From assembly GCF_902713615.1 (NCBI RefSeq), contig NW_024055676.1, positions 558,877-622,876 on the forward strand: a stretch of 64,000 nt of DNA, given 5' to 3'. Origin of the DNA: Scyliorhinus canicula (Eukaryota). The notes beneath the pieces are model-generated. The model was not told where the DNA came from. It did no database searches and saw nothing but the letters and a program-made list of their open reading frames with translations. Every line of letters starts with the position of its first letter. Positions within the stretch are counted from its first letter, which is position 1. Shown piece by piece: positions 12,140-25,097 of this stretch. The translations under genes were made by a program, and so were the position numbers.

Positions 12140-13300
12140 AGAACAAAGGAATGGGTGAAAATTTCATCATCATCCAAATGCTGACGGATTTTGAACATGG
12201 ACGGGAAACAATACCGTTCACAGTGGAAACTGTGCTCAGGTTCTGTGTGGCTGAGATTTCAGCCGATCAGCTGTCCTGTTGAGACAAACGCAGTTACAGC
12301 AGAGAGAGAACGTAGAAACGTGCGGACTGTGGGAAGGGATACAATTACCCATTGAAGTGGAAATTCACAGTGACACTCACACAGGGGAGAGATCGCTCAC
12401 TTGCTCGGAGTGTGGGAAGACATTCACTACCTCATCCCACCTATTGACCCCAATGAGTCCACACTGGGAAGAGACCATTCCGCTGCTCCGAGTGTGGGAA
12501 GGGATTAGCTCACTCAGCCAACCCGCTGAGACACCAGCGAGTTCACACCCACGAGAGACCTTTTAAATACCCAGACTGCGGGAAGCACTGTAGAGGTTCT
12601 GGGGAACTGATGTCCCATCAACGTGTTCACACTGACATGACACCGTTCAGGTGCTCTGACTGTGGAACTGGGTTCAGGCGATCATCTGATCTCACTGTAC
12701 ATCAGCGTATTTACACTGGGGAGAGACCATTCACCTGCCCTGTGTGTGGTAAAGGATTCACTACCTCATCCTACCTGCTGACACACCAGCGACTTCACAC
12801 TGGGGAGAGGCCGTTCAGCTGCTCTCAGTGTGGGAAGGGATTCACTCAGTTATCCAACCTGCTGACACACCAGCGCACTCACAACGGGGAGGGGCTGTCT
12901 GATGCCCTGTGTGAGTAGAGAGTATATCAGACATACACCCTTCTGAGACACCAGTGAGTTCATACTGAGGAAAGGCTGAATACCTGCTCTGTGTGTGGAG
13001 GGATTCACTCAATCACACAGTCGCCTGTTGGACAGTCATTCACTATCTCCATGTGTGGAAATGTTTCAACTGACCTGATCAATCATCAAATTGTTCATAC
13101 TGGGGAAAGGCTGCCCAGTGATATGACGTGAGATTGGATTCATTAATCATCCAATCTGTGGATACACCAGCAAGTTCCCACTGGGCTAAGACTGTTCACC
13201 TGCTCCGTGTGTGGGAAGGGATTTACTCAGTCATTTAAACTTCTGACTCGTCAGTGAGTTCACACTGCACAGAGGGTGTGTATGTGTGTGTGCGTGTTAA
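12140..13300 (+). pseudogene. Decayed C2H2 ZNF gene (paralogue of 36263-39130)
   Basis: TTGAACATGG start context at 12191-12200; frameshifted and stop-containing fingers; only 12610-12918 is open (~3.5 fingers). Confidence 0.85.
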
Positions 13301-13494
13301 AGGATTTGATCATCATCACAACTGTAAACTTGTCAATTACAAAGTGGAGAGAGGATATTCACCTGCTTCCTGTCTGCAAACACATTTCCTGATAATGGAT
13401 ATCGGATTGATCAGAGATCCTGGAATTCATTTCAAATTGTTGCAGACTTGCTCTCTGAAGGCCAAATATACTTTTCTGTTGCTTCACACCTCCA

Positions 13495-13722
13495 CTCTAT
13501 CCCAGTAACCCCGCCTAACCTTTTTGGACACTCAGGGCAATTTAGCATGGCCAATCCACCTGAGCTGCACATCTTTGGGCTGTGGGAAGAAACTGGAGCA
13601 CCCGGAGGAAACCCACACAGACACAGGGAGAAAGTGCAGACTCCGCACAGACAGTGACCCAAGCCGGGAATTGAACCTGGGACCCCGGAGCTGTCAAGCA
13701 ACAGTGCTAACCACCGTGCTAC
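13495..13722 (-). mobile_element. HE1-like SINE
   Basis: Reverse-complement head and body (GGTAGCACGGTGGTTAGCACTG..GGTTCAATTCCCGG). Confidence 0.85.
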
Positions 13723-13859
13723 CGGAGACCAGGAAGAAGTGATGATGAAAGTTACTGGATTATTGTGAAAACTCAACTGATTCGCTAATATCCACCAGGG
13801 AGGGAAGCTTCCACTTGGTCTGGACCTACACAGGACTCTGGCCTCTCAGAAAGGAGAGA

Positions 13860-14465
13860 GATAGAGGTGGCAAGTAAAGGAGAAGGATTTTGTATATCTG
13901 CAAGACATATTGAGAGATTAGTTAGTAAAGCCAATGGGGTGTTGAGCTTCATAAGTAGGAAAACTGATACAAAACCCGGGAAGTTATGCTGAATCTTTCT
14001 AAAGCTCTGGTTAGGTCACATCTCCAGTATTGTGTCCAGATTTGATCACTAGACTTTAGGAAAGATGTGAAGATTCTTGAGAAGTTACAGATTTACCAGA
14101 ATAGTTGGAGCAAGAGAAGCTGAGGGGAGATTTGATTCAGGTTCTCAAGATTCTGACGGGTTTGGATCAGGTAGACAAAAAAAATCTGGGACAGAGATTT
14201 CCATTTTTGGATAAGAGATAGACGGGGATGTGAGGGAGAATATTTTTACACAGTGAGTGATAATGACCCAAAACCTGCTGCCCACGAGGGGGTGGAAATA
14301 GGCACGATGAATGATTTTGAAGGACATTGGAGAGACACTGGAGGGAAATAAACCTGCAAGGACACGGGATAGAGCAGGAGAATGGGGCTGACTGGATTGC
14401 TGTGGAGAGCTGGCACGGACTCAATGGGTGGAATGGCCTCCTCTGTACCATTATGACTCTATGGC
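13860..14465 (+). mobile_element. Degenerate CR1 3' fragment (also present at ~9290-9390 and ~29320-30700)
   Basis: CR1-like C-terminal remnants and GGGTGGAATGGCCTCCTCTGTAC tail. Confidence 0.65.
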
Positions 14466-14484
14466 TCTTTCCAAGAAATCCTTA

Positions 14485-14712
14485 AATCCTTACAGTGCAG
14501 AAAGAGCCCATTCGGTCCATCGAGTCTGTACTGTGCCTCTGAAAGAACACCCTACCGAGGCTTAATCTCCCACCCTATTCCCATAACACTACCTTTGTAC
14601 ACAAAGGGACAATTTAGCACGGCCAATCCACCTAGCCTGCACATTTTTGTGGGAGGTACTGGAGCACCCGGAGGAAACCCACGCAGACTGGGGAGAATGT
14701 GCACAGTCCACA
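14485..14712 (-). mobile_element. HE1-like SINE, partial (family A tail)
   Basis: CAGTGCAGAAAGAGCCCATTCGGTCC..GGGACAATTTAGCACGGCCAATCCACC. Confidence 0.75.
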
Positions 14713-14759
14713 CAGTCTTTCCTGTAGTTGCACCATGTAATTTAACCCGGGAGGGGGGG

Positions 14760-15069
14760 GGGTTTAGATATCACTCAGGTAAATCTGTGCTACACTCCCT
14801 CCGAGGCCATTCTATCCTTCCTCAGGTTTATTGCCCAGAACTGAACACAGTTCTCCAGGTTTGGTCTAACCAGGGTTTGTGAATCTCGGGGCTTTTCCAG
14901 TCACACTGAGACCTGAAATCTTCCCTCACAGACAGAACAGACAAACCTTTTACCTTCCACACCCAGATGCTGCTGATATTCAGGTTCTGATGAATCGAGT
15001 GACTCTGTCAGATCGCCATGGGATGTCTGGTTTGAGTTTCCCGTCTGTTAAACCTCCTCTTCCAGTATC
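14760..15069 (-). pseudogene. ZNF coding-exon 5' remnant fused to a CR1 fragment
   Basis: Acceptor TTTACAG at 15070-15071; translation ..NSNQTSHGDLTESLDSSEPEYQQHLGVEGKRFVCSVC.. with stops, then CR1 LVRPNLENCVQFW. Confidence 0.75.
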
Positions 15070-15332
15070 CTGTAAATGAACAGAAACCTCACTGTCAGTT
15101 GTCATCGTTCTCAAGCTGGCACCGTTAACTTCTCCGAACAAATGATTCACAGGAATATCCGAGCAGATTTACGAGAGATAGCTCAACAAGCATCTCGCTG
15201 AACTAATTTTATTGTTCACACAAAGTGGCACATAGTTCTAACTTATTGAACACATGCACAGTCATTGTTTAAAGTTTCAATCTGGTATATATAAACACAC
15301 ACTTTCACCTACTCTTTGCAGGCACTGCTTAT

Positions 15333-15451
15333 CTTGTTATTGTCCACTGTCCCTATCTGTTACTGAGACAGCCGTTACCTCCTGTTCCTTGTTATTGTCC
15401 ACTGTCCCTATCTGTTACTGAGACAGCCGTTACCTCCTGTTCCTTGTTATT
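15333..15451. repeat. 55-bp direct tandem duplication (2 copies plus partial)
   Basis: CTTGTTATTGTCCACTGTCCCTATCTGTTACTGAGACAGCCGTTACCTCCTGTTC repeated exactly. Confidence 0.9.
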
Positions 15452-15667
15452 GAAGTTCGCTGTCCTTGTGAGAACACAGCTGCAAATTCTGCTGACTTGT
15501 GCTTAAAGTTTTACAAAGGTCAATTTGAATTTTTGTAACAATCTGTAACCCCTTTTCTGGTGTTTTATTCAGACTGAAACCTCATTCTTAAATCATATCA
15601 TAACCTTAACATGTACGATTTATTTCCCCTTCACACAGTCCAGGGTAGAAACCCACAGCATTCTCTC

Positions 15668-16546
15668 TGCCTGCTCCCAGCTCCAGGATGACCCCTCCTG
15701 CTTCCTGCTCCAGGATGACCCCTCCTGCTCCCTGGTCCAGGATGACCCCTCCTGCTCCCTGCTCCAGGATGACCCCTCCTGCTGCCTGGTCCAGGATGAC
15801 CGCTCCTGCTCCCTGCTCCAGGATGACCGCTCCTGCTCCCTGCTCCAGGATGACCCCTCCTGCTCCCTGGTCCAGGATGACCGCTCCTGCTCCAGGATGA
15901 CCCCTCCTGCTCCCTGCTCCAGGATGACCGCTCTTGCTCCCTGGTCCAGGATGACCGCTCCTGCTCCCTGCTCCAGGATGGCCGCTCCTGCTCCCTGGTC
16001 CAGGATGACCGCTCCTGCTCCCAGCTCCAGGATGACCGCTCCTGCTCCCTGCTCCAGGATGACCGCTCCTGCTCCCTGGTCCAGGATGACCGCTCCTGCT
16101 CCCTGCTCCAGGATGACCGCTCCTGCTCCAGGATGACCGCTCCTGCTCCCAGCTCCAGGATGACCGCTCCTGCTCCCTGCTCCAGGATGACCGCTCCTGC
16201 TCCCTGCTCCAGGATGACCGCTCCTGCTCCCTGGTCCAGGATGACCGCTCCTGCTCCCTGGTCCAGGATGACCGCTCCTGCTCCCTGCTCCAGGATGACC
16301 CCTCCTGCTGCCTGGTCCAGGATGACCCCTCCTGCTCCCTGCTCCAGGATGACCCCTCCTGCTCCCTGCTCCAGGATGACCACTCCTGCTCCCTGCTCCA
16401 GGATGACCACTCCTGCTCCAGGATGACCCCTCCTGCTCCCTGGTCCAGGATGACCACTCCTGCTCCCTGCTCCAGGATGACCTCCCCTGCTCCCTGGTCC
16501 AGGATGGCCGCTCCTGCTCCCTGCTCCAGGATGACCCCTCCTGCTG
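15668..16546. repeat. 27-bp minisatellite (CCAGGATGACCCCTCCTGCTCCCTGCT, ~33 units, a few 20-bp variants)
   Basis: The 9-aa periodicity (MTPPAPCSR) in the ORF track matches the 27-bp unit. Confidence 0.95.
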
Positions 16547-16837
16547 CACATTGACCCTTTTGTCATCAGCAGTCGCTCGATTCGAGGATGGCGTCTACTC
16601 AGGGTCATGTTTTTCTGCCCCAGGTCTTCATGTGACTGAACAGAGCTGCAGATTTTTGGACACATGGGGAAAGACATCCCATCAGGCAGTGGGATCCAGA
16701 GAGCAGAATTTGCTTCATTATCTTTCCTTATCTGCCATTGTTCTGCTTCATCAATCAGGCACCTGGGTCTCTACAAACCAGGGTCATGGATGTCAAATTA
16801 CCCAGGTCAAAGGTTAATGCAGTTTGATGGTCATAAA

Positions 16838-17535
16838 GAACAAAGAAAAGTACAGCACAGGAACAGGCCCTCCAAACATGCCACCCATCTGAACTAAAAA
16901 CCCCTCCCCTTCTGGTGACCACATTCCTCTATTCCCGTCTTATTCATATTATCGTCAAGACGCCCCCTAAAACTCACTATCGTCCCTGCTTCCACCACCA
17001 CTCCCGACAGTGAGTTCCAGGCTTTCACCACCCTCTGTGTAGAATAACGTACCTCATACATCTCCTTTAAAACTTGCCCCTCGCACCTTAAACCTATGCC
17101 CCCTAGAAATTGTCTCTTCCACCTTGGGAAAAAGTTTCTGACTATCCACTCTGTCTATACCCCTCATAATCTTGTAGATTTCAATAAGGCCGTTCCTCAA
17201 GCTCCGTTGTTCCAGTGGGAACAAACCTGATTTCTCCAATCTCTTCTCATAGCTAATACCCTCCAGAACAGGCAACATCTGGTAAATCTTTTCTGTATCT
17301 TCTCCAAAGTCTCAACATTCCTCTGGTAGCCTGGCGACCAGAATTGAACTCTATATTCCAATTGCGGCTAAACTAAGTTTCTATAATGTTGCAACATGGC
17401 AATTTTTTAACTCAATACCCTGGCCGATGAAGGCATGCATGTCGTATGTCTTCTTGAGGACCTTCTCCACCTGTACTCCCACGTTCAGTGACCTGTGTAC
17501 CTGTACACCCAGATCCCTCTGCCTATCAATACTCT
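16838..17535 (-). mobile_element. CR1 LINE ORF2 C-terminus and 3' UTR
   Basis: ISYEKRLEKSGLFPLEQRSLRNGLIEIYKIMRG..RGHRFKVRG. Confidence 0.85.
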
Positions 17536-17544
17536 TTTAAAAAA

Positions 17545-20500
17545 AAAACATTTTTTGAAGGCATTTATGATTTTATAACAAACGACACCAACACAAATGT
17601 AAACACAATTCAGTGAGTAACACTTCTCCTCCTTCTCCCACAGCTCCTGCCTACTCTAGACACAAAATAGCCTGACCTCCCCCCCCCCCCCCCCCCCCCC
17701 CCCCCACCCCCTAACCTTATCGAACCCACTGACAGTTTAGGTTTCTCTGTAGAAGTCAATAAACGGCTGCCACCTCCGAACAAACCCTAACATTGACCCT
17801 CTTAGGGCGAACATCATTTTCTCAAGACTGAGAAACCCAGCTATGTCGCTAACCCAGACCTTTGATTTTGGGGTCTTTGAATCCCTCCATGCTAACAATA
17901 TCTGTCTCCGGTTTACCAAGGAGGCAAAAGCCAAAACGTCAGCCTCTCTCGCCCCCTGGACTCCCGGGTCTTCCGACACTCCGTAAATTGCCACCTCTGG
18001 ACCCGGCGCCTCCCTCGTCTTTAGCACCCTGGACATGACATCTGCTAATCCCTGCCAGTATCCCCTAACCGGAGTTGGCGTGAACATGGAATGCGGGCCC
18101 TTCCGTGCACCTCACACACCTGTCCTCCACCCCAAAAAACATGCTCATCCGGGCCACTGAAATGAAAATTGAAGCACTGTCATGTGTGCCCGGTGAACCA
18201 CTTTGAATTGTATCAGGCTGAGCCTGGCACATGATGAGGACGTGTTGACTCTGCTCAGCGCATCCTCCCACAGACCCACCTCTATCTCCCCTCCCAGCTC
18301 ATCTTCCCATTTACGCTTTAGCTCACCTATCTGGGTTTCCTCTCACTCCATAAGTTTGTTATACATTTTCAAAACCTTCCTCTCCCCCACCTACGTTCTA
18401 AAAACTACCCGGTCCTGTATCCCCTGTAGCCGTAGAAGCGGAAAAGTTGGAACCTGCCTTAGCGCAAAATCCCTTATCTGCAGATATCGAAACCCATTCT
18501 CTCCCGGCAATTCAAACTCCGCCTCCAAATCCTTGAAACATGGAAAGCTCCCATCAATAAATAGATCTCGCAGCCTCTCAATGCCTGCTCTCTGCCACTT
18601 CCAAAACTCCCCATCCAGGCTCCCCGGGACTAACTGGTGGTTGCCACAAATTGATGCCCACACCGACACTCCCTCCACTCCCATATGCTTCCGCCACTGC
18701 CCCCAAACTCTCAGGGCCGCCAGTACCACTGGGCATGTGGAGTACCGGGCCGGCGAGAATGGCAGAGGAGCCATTACCAATGCCCCCAAACTTGTGTCCT
18801 TCCTTGTGTCTCTACCCGCTCCCACACCAACCCCTCCCCCACTACCCACTTCCTAAACATGGCTATATTTGCCATCCAGTAGTAGTTACTCAAGTTTGGC
18901 AGCGCCAGCCCAGCCCCCCCCCCCCCCCCCCCTCTCTGCTCAGCAACACTTCTCTTTACTCGCGGGGTTTTACCCACCCACACAAAACCAGAAAACACCT
19001 TGTTCACCCGCTTTAAAAAGGTCTTTGGTATAAAAATAGGGAGGCACTGGAAAATGGAAAATAAACAAAAATCTCATTTTTACTGTTCCCTCCCCACCAC
19101 GGGAGCATGTCCCACCTCTGAACGTCCTCCTTCATTTGTTCAACTAACCGGGTCAAATTTAATTTATGTACCTGCTCCAATCCCCGTGCCACCCTAATTC
19201 CCAAGTAATGGAAACTCCCTCCCACCACTTTAAACGGCAGCTCCCCCAGCTCCTGCCCTCTCGACCAGATCGCAAAAACCCATGTTCAATTTGTATCCTG
19301 AGAACCGGCCAAATTCCCCAAAGATCCGCATAAACTCTCCCATGCCCGCTAATGGGTCAGAATTGTATAGGAGACGGCACAGGGGGGAGGTGGGGGCCTT
19401 GATGAGGGCCCCGATATGGGGCAACCACCGGTTTGTTGCGGGGAGAATAGATGGCGGGTTCCTGAGTTGGCACAGGGCAGGTATCAGGAGGTTGGGGGAC
19501 CTGTTTGTAGACGGGAAGTTTGCGAGCCTGGGTGTGCTGGAGGGGAAGTTCGGGCTCCCCCCGGGGAGCGCCTTTAGGTACATGCAGGTAAGGGCATTTG
19601 CAGGCGGCAGGTGGCGGGGTTCCCTCTACTGCCACCATGTGGGGTCAAGGACAGGGTGCTCTCGGGGGTGTGGGTTGGTGACAGGAGGATCTCGGAAGCG
19701 TACCAGGTGATGCAGGAGGTAGACGAGGCCTCGGTTGAGGAGTAGAAGGGTAAATGGGAGGAGGAGCTGGGTGAGGAGATTGAGGAGGGGATGTGGGCGG
19801 ACGCCCTAGGAAGGGTGAACTTCTCTTCTTGTGTGAGGCTTGGCCTCATACAGTTTAAGGTGCTACACAGGGCTCACATGACCGGGACAAGGATGAGCCG
19901 GTTCTTTGGGAGTGAGGACAGGTGTATTAGGTGCTCAGGGAGCCCAGTAAATCATGCTCATAGTTTCTGGGAATGCCCAGCGCTGGGGGAATTTTGGAAG
20001 GGCATAGCGAGGACGGTGTCGAGGGTGGTAGGATCCAGGGTCAATCCGGGCTGGGGGCTCGCAATTTTTGGGGTTGCAGTGGAGCCGGGAGTGCAGGAGG
20101 TGAAAGAGGCCGGTGTTCTGGCCTTTGCGTGCCTAGTAGCCCGGGGGAGGATTCTTCTTCAGTGGAAGGATGCGAGGCCCCCAAGCGTGGAGGCCTGGGT
20201 CAACGATATGGCGGGGTTTATTAAATTAGAGAATGTGAAATTTGCCCTAAGGGGATCAGTGCAGGGGTTTTTCGGGAGGTGGCAGCCATTTCTGTATTTC
20301 CTGGCAGAACGATAGGAAAAGGCCAGTAGCAGCAGCAACCGGGGGGAGGGAGGAGGTGGTGGGGGGGGGGGGGGGGGGGGGGTGTTTCGTTGTTTTGGAC
20401 CGAAGGGATGGGCATATTTGTTCTGTGCCAATGGGGGGCGTTGATTTCTTTCTTTCTCTATGTACACACTGTGGTGGGGGGGTGTCGAAGGGGCGGGCGC

Positions 20501-21110
20501 GTGTTGTGTGCGAATGGCAGGTGTTAATTTACCTCTTCCTTTGTGTATGCGTGTGGGGGGGGGGGGGGGGGGGGGTACTGTTTCTTCATTTTTTCTGTTC
20601 TTTGTAAAAAAAAATTACTTTTTGTTGTTGATATTTTATGAAAATTTTGAATAAAAATTATTTAAAAAAAAAAAGAATTGTATAGGAGTAGGTCATCTGC
20701 ATATAACGAGACCCTGTGTTCCACTCCCCCCCCCCCCCCCCCCCCCAGCCCCCCACGGACCAGCTCCTTCCAATCCTTTGACGCTCTCAGCGCCATCGCC
20801 AATGGCTCTATAGCCAAGTCAAACAACAGTGGGGAGAGGGGACATTCCCTACCTTATCCCCCCGGTGCAGGCTAAAGTAGTCCGAGCTCACCCGGTTCGT
20901 CCGCACACTCGCCACTGGTGCCTGGTACAGCAACCGAACCCAGTCAATAAAGCCCTGCCCAAACCATCCCAGGACTCCCACAAATAATTCCATTCAACCT
21001 GGTCGAACGCCTTCTCCATGTCCATAGCGACCGCTACCTCTGCCTCCAGCCCCTTGGAGGACTTCATGATCATCGGCCAGTTATAGGGGTTAATATTCTC
21101 GATAAAAGCC
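17545..21110 (-). mobile_element. 5'-truncated degenerate L1 (RT to 3' end), split by a nested L1
   Basis: MDMEKAFDQVEW (20888-21112), SLYADDLLL|YNSDPL..GYKLN across the insertion, C-terminal RRWQPFIDFY (17737-18087). Confidence 0.9.
19374..20674 (+). mobile_element. Nested 5'-truncated L1 with poly(A) and 15-bp TSD
   Basis: AGAATTGTATAGGAG at 19359-19373 and 20674-20688; ORF2 C-terminus 19791-20315; A-tail 20664-20674. Confidence 0.92.
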
Positions 21111-21149
21111 AAATAAATGAGCTTTGTGTTAAATGATTTGTGTGTGGCC

Positions 21150-21360
21150 CACGGAAAGGTGGCGCAGTGGTTAGCACTGCTGAGTCACGGCGCCGAGAAC
21201 CCGGCTTTCATCGCGGCCCTGGGCATTGTCGGTGTGGAGTTTGCCTTTTCTACCTGTATCTGCGTGGGTTTCATTCCTACAACCCAAAGATGTGCAGGGT
21301 AGGTGGATTGGCCACGCAAAATCTCCACTAAATTGGAAAAAGTAAAAATAAAGATTTGTG
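21150..21360 (+). mobile_element. HE1-like SINE with short A-rich tail (family C)
   Basis: GGTGGCGCAGTGGTTAGCACTG head; ends AAATTGGAAAAAG. Confidence 0.75.
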
Positions 21361-21399
21361 TGTTAAATCTTAATATTGTCAACGTAAACAATTCTTTTT

Positions 21400-21735
21400 G
21401 AAGGTCTCTCCCTCTCCCCTGCCTCCTCCATCCTCACCTCCCCACAAGTGCTCATGGAGGAGGAACTCATGCTTTTCTTTGTCACTAAGATTCAGTCCAT
21501 TCAATCAGCTTTCTCTGCTGTTGATAATTCCCCTCACCCACTGGGCCAAGTCTCCTCTAAAATTCCCCTTTGTCCAGGCCCTGAACTCCTCTTTCTCTCG
21601 TTTCCCTCACCTCCGTTCATGCCCTTTGAGACCTCAACTGGAATATTGTGCACAGTTCTGGGCGCCACTCCATAGAAAGGATGGGAACACATTGGAGAGA
21701 GTGCAGAAGAAGTTTCCAAGAATGGTTCTAACAAG
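21400..21735 (+). mobile_element. L2-like fragment followed by CR1 fragment
   Basis: FFVTKIQSIQSAFS (L2-like) and RPQLEYCAQFWAP..LERVQKKFPRM (CR1). Confidence 0.6.
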
Positions 21736-21789
21736 TTCCTTGTATAAGTTCAGCATAATCTCTTTGCTCGTCTACTCTATTCCCCTATT

Positions 21790-22085
21790 AATCATAGAAT
21801 CCATACAGTGCAGAAGGAGGCCATTCGGCCCATCAAGTCCGCACCGACTCACCGAAAGAGCACCCTACCTAGGCCCACTTCCCATCCCTATCCCAGTAAC
21901 TCCACCTAACCAACACACCTTTGAACTGTTGGGGGGGGGGGGGGGGGGGGCGGGGACCGCAGCACCCAGAGAAAACTCATGCAGACACGGAAGAACATGC
22001 AAACTCCACACAGGCAGTCACCCAAGGCTAGTATTGAACCCAGGTCCCAGGTGCTGTGAGGCAGCAGTGCTAACCACTGTGCCAC
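21790..22085 (-). mobile_element. HE1-like SINE (family A)
   Basis: Reverse-complement head and CR1-type tail. Confidence 0.8.
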
Positions 22086-22089
22086 AGAA

Positions 22090-22478
22090 TAATAAATCCC
22101 AGGATACTGAGTACTTTTGTTTTGTATCATCCGCAAACTTTGAAATTGTTCCCTGTACACCAACGTCTAGATCATTGATATATATCAAGAAAAGCAGGTG
22201 TCCCAATACCACCCTCTGGGGAACACGACTAAACTCTTCCTCCAGCCCCCAAAAATATCCATTGACCAGTCCTCTCTGTTTCCTACTACTCGGCCAATAT
22301 TGTATCCATGTTGCTCCTGTCTCTTTTATTCCATGAGCTATAGCTTTGCTCACAAGTCTGTTGTGTGGCATTGTATCAAATGTCTTTTGAAAGTCCAAGT
22401 ACACCACATCTGCAGCATTACCCTCATCAACGCTTTTTGTTAGCTCCTCAAAAAACTCCAGCAAGTCAGTTAAACATT
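22090..22478 (-). mobile_element. CR1 RT fragment
   Basis: DVVYLDFQKTFD..PQ.VVLGHLLFLIYINDL..KFADDTK. Confidence 0.85.
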
Positions 22479-22774
22479 TTTAGAATTAACCTAAAGAAGG
22501 GAAAGCGCAGGTTAGGGAGAAGGTTAATACTGTCAACATTCAGAACAACACAGACATTAAAGGAATAATTAATCTCAAAGACTATCTCTTGTAGTTTGTG
22601 TGACCGGGTTTGCTGACCCAAGTTTAAAGAAATTAAATGGTACCAGTTTTTTAACTTAAATAATTCTACTTAAATCTGAACTCTGGATTGACTGGGAGGA
22701 TTTGGATCAGTGTGACAGTATTTCAGAACCAGTGTTCAGTCTACTCAGCAGCAGCAGGCTAAATCTCTCCTCAA

Positions 22775-22995
22775 AACCCACATTGAAATCTGCATGTTCT
22801 CCCCGTGTTTGCGTGGGTTTCCTCCGGGTGCTCCAGTTTCCTCCCAAAAGTCGTGCTGCTAGGTGGATTGGACATTCTGGATTCTCCCACAGTGTACCCC
22901 AACCGGCGCCGGAATGTGACAACTAGGGTCTTTCACAGTAACTTCATTGCAGTGGTAATGTAAGCCTACTTGTGACAATAATAATAAAGATTATA
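22775..22995 (+). mobile_element. HE1-like SINE, 5'-truncated (family B tail)
   Basis: ..GGCGCCGGAATGTGACAACTAGGG..TTTCACAGTAACTTCATTGCAG..GTGACAATAATAATAAAGATT. Confidence 0.8.
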
Positions 22996-23144
22996 AAAGT
23001 CCACTCCCATTCCCTATACCAACGACCCTAACCTAACCTAAGCATGTTTTCTGAGCACTAAGGGGCAATTTAGCATGGTTAATCCGGTCTTGGGCTGATC
23101 AGTTACCATACAAGGTGTGATGCAGTAAGATAGGTTGCTTAAAC

Positions 23145-23328
23145 CAGGGGCTGGTTTAGCTCACTCAGCTAAATCGCTGGCTTTTCAAGCAGGCCAGCAG
23201 CACGGTTCGATTCCTGTACCAGCCTCCCCGGACAGGTGCCAGAATGTGGCGACTAGGGGCTTTTCACAGTAACTTCATTGAAGCCTACTCGTGACAATAA
23301 GCAATTTTCATTTTTTCATTTCATTTCT
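23145..23328 (+). mobile_element. Short tRNA-derived SINE (family D), (TTTCA)n tail
   Basis: GGGGCTGGTTTAGCTCA..GGTTCGATTCC head; shared B/D 3' module. Confidence 0.85.
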
Positions 23329-23367
23329 GTGGTGCATCTGTAAAAATTTATAAAATTTAAATGTGGA

Positions 23368-23586
23368 TGGGGTGGCGCAGTGGTTAACACTGCTGCCTCA
23401 TGACGCTGAGTACCCAGGTTCGATCCCGGCCCTGGGTCACTGTCCGTGTGGAGTTTTCACATTCTCCCTGTGTCTGCGTGGGTTTCACCCCCACAACACA
23501 AAGATGTGCGGGTAGGTGGATTGGCCACAGTAAATTGCCCCTTAATTGAAAAAAAAAACAATTGGGTACTCTAACTTTTAAAAAAG
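23368..23586 (+). mobile_element. HE1-like SINE (family C)
   Basis: Head plus AAATTGCCCCTTAATTG(A)nCAATTGGGTACTC tail. Confidence 0.85.
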
Positions 23587-24039
23587 GACTCAATGTGGAC
23601 AAACCAAATGTACTTTGTTTCCTGTGGAATATATGAAGTACATCTAAAGTTCATCATTTCAGTATTTCACGGAGGACCAGAACCATGTAAGGATTTGACT
23701 GTCTGTATTATTGCAGCGCTGTAAATAAAATTAGTAAAAGACGATTTGTTGTTGGCAGTTTGATTATCTGGTATCTGAAAACCACAAGATTCAATATTTA
23801 GTCAACAAGGTGAATAAGGAAACATATCAGGGCCCAATACTCCAGCTAGATATTCACAGGAGAAAGGCTGTTATCAAACACCTCAAATGGACAGGACAGA
23901 GAACGATCCCAACTGTAAAAAACTCTCAAATCATTTGTAAATATCTTTCAATTGCTGACAGGTTGCAACTGTCAGTTTCCATCACATTGAAGTCAATGAA
24001 ATGTTAAGAGAATGGTTATTCCAGAACTAAAAAACACGA

Positions 24040-24580
24040 GTTATATCACAGCTAGAGTATGGAGTTCCGGTCACCACATTACAGGAAGGATGTGATTGTA
24101 CTGGAGAGAGTACGGAAGAGATTTATCTGGATGTTTCCAGGATTGGGGAATTTTAACAAGAGGAAAGATTGGATCGACTGGGATTGTTTTCTGTGGAACA
24201 GAGGAGGCTGAGTGGACATTTAATTGAGGTGTATAAAATCATGAGGGTCCCAGATATAGTGGATCAGACGGCAGAAGGACCTATTTCATTAACAGGCTGG
24301 TCAGTAACCAGGGGGCCAGAGATTTAAGTATCTATTGGAAAGATTAGAGGGGAATTGAGGATTTTCTTCACCAAGGGGTGTGGTGGGGGTCTGGAACTCT
24401 GAAAGGTAGGTATAGACAGAAACGCTCATCACATTTAAAGACACCCCGATGTGGAGTTTCTGTGACCTGCAGGGCTACAGACCAAGAGGTGGAAAGTGGA
24501 CCCGATAAACCATTTTCAGCCAACACAGACACAATGGGCTGAATGGCCTCCTCTGTGCTGTAAATTTCTAGGATTCTGTG
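24040..24580 (+). mobile_element. Degenerate CR1 3' end
   Basis: EFRSPHYRKDVIVLERV..GLFSVEQRRL..EVYKIMR; tail GGGCTGAATGGCCTCCTCTGTGCTG. Confidence 0.75.
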
Positions 24581-24794
24581 ATGACAAGTGATCCTTGGGT
24601 TTTTATCCAATACCGACCTCAGCCCAGTTAGTTAGTCCAAATGTTGGTGTGATGGATCAAGTTAAGAGGTCTCAGGTACCAGGAGCAGTGATTCAAATGG
24701 AAATATAAGTAAATCTGATATAGTTTATCTGTATTTGGTTACGTTTTAATAACTTCTCCTGAATGTGACCCTCACCCACGTTTTGATTTGATTT

Positions 24795-25097
24795 ATTTAT
24801 AATAATAATCTTTGTTGTCATAAGTTAGCTTATATTAACACTGCAATGAAGTGACTGTGAAAAGCCACTAATCCGCCACATTCCGGGCCTGTTTGGGTAC
24901 ATGGAGGGAGAATTCAGAATGTCCAAATTACCTAACGGCATGTCTTTCGGGGCCTGTGGAGGAAACCGGAGCACTCGGAGGAAACCCACGCAGACACAGG
25001 GAGAATGTGAAGACTCTGCACAGACAGTGACCAAAGCCAGGAATTGAACCTGGGACCCTGGTGCTGTAAAGCAACAATGCTAACCACTGTACTGCCC
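24795..25097 (-). mobile_element. HE1-like SINE (family B)
   Basis: Reverse-complement head, body and B tail. Confidence 0.85.

Noticed and set aside
15606-16677. Three 283-348 aa repetitive proteins
   Set aside because: They are translations of a 27-bp minisatellite with no splice, start-context or domain evidence; kept only as a repeat.
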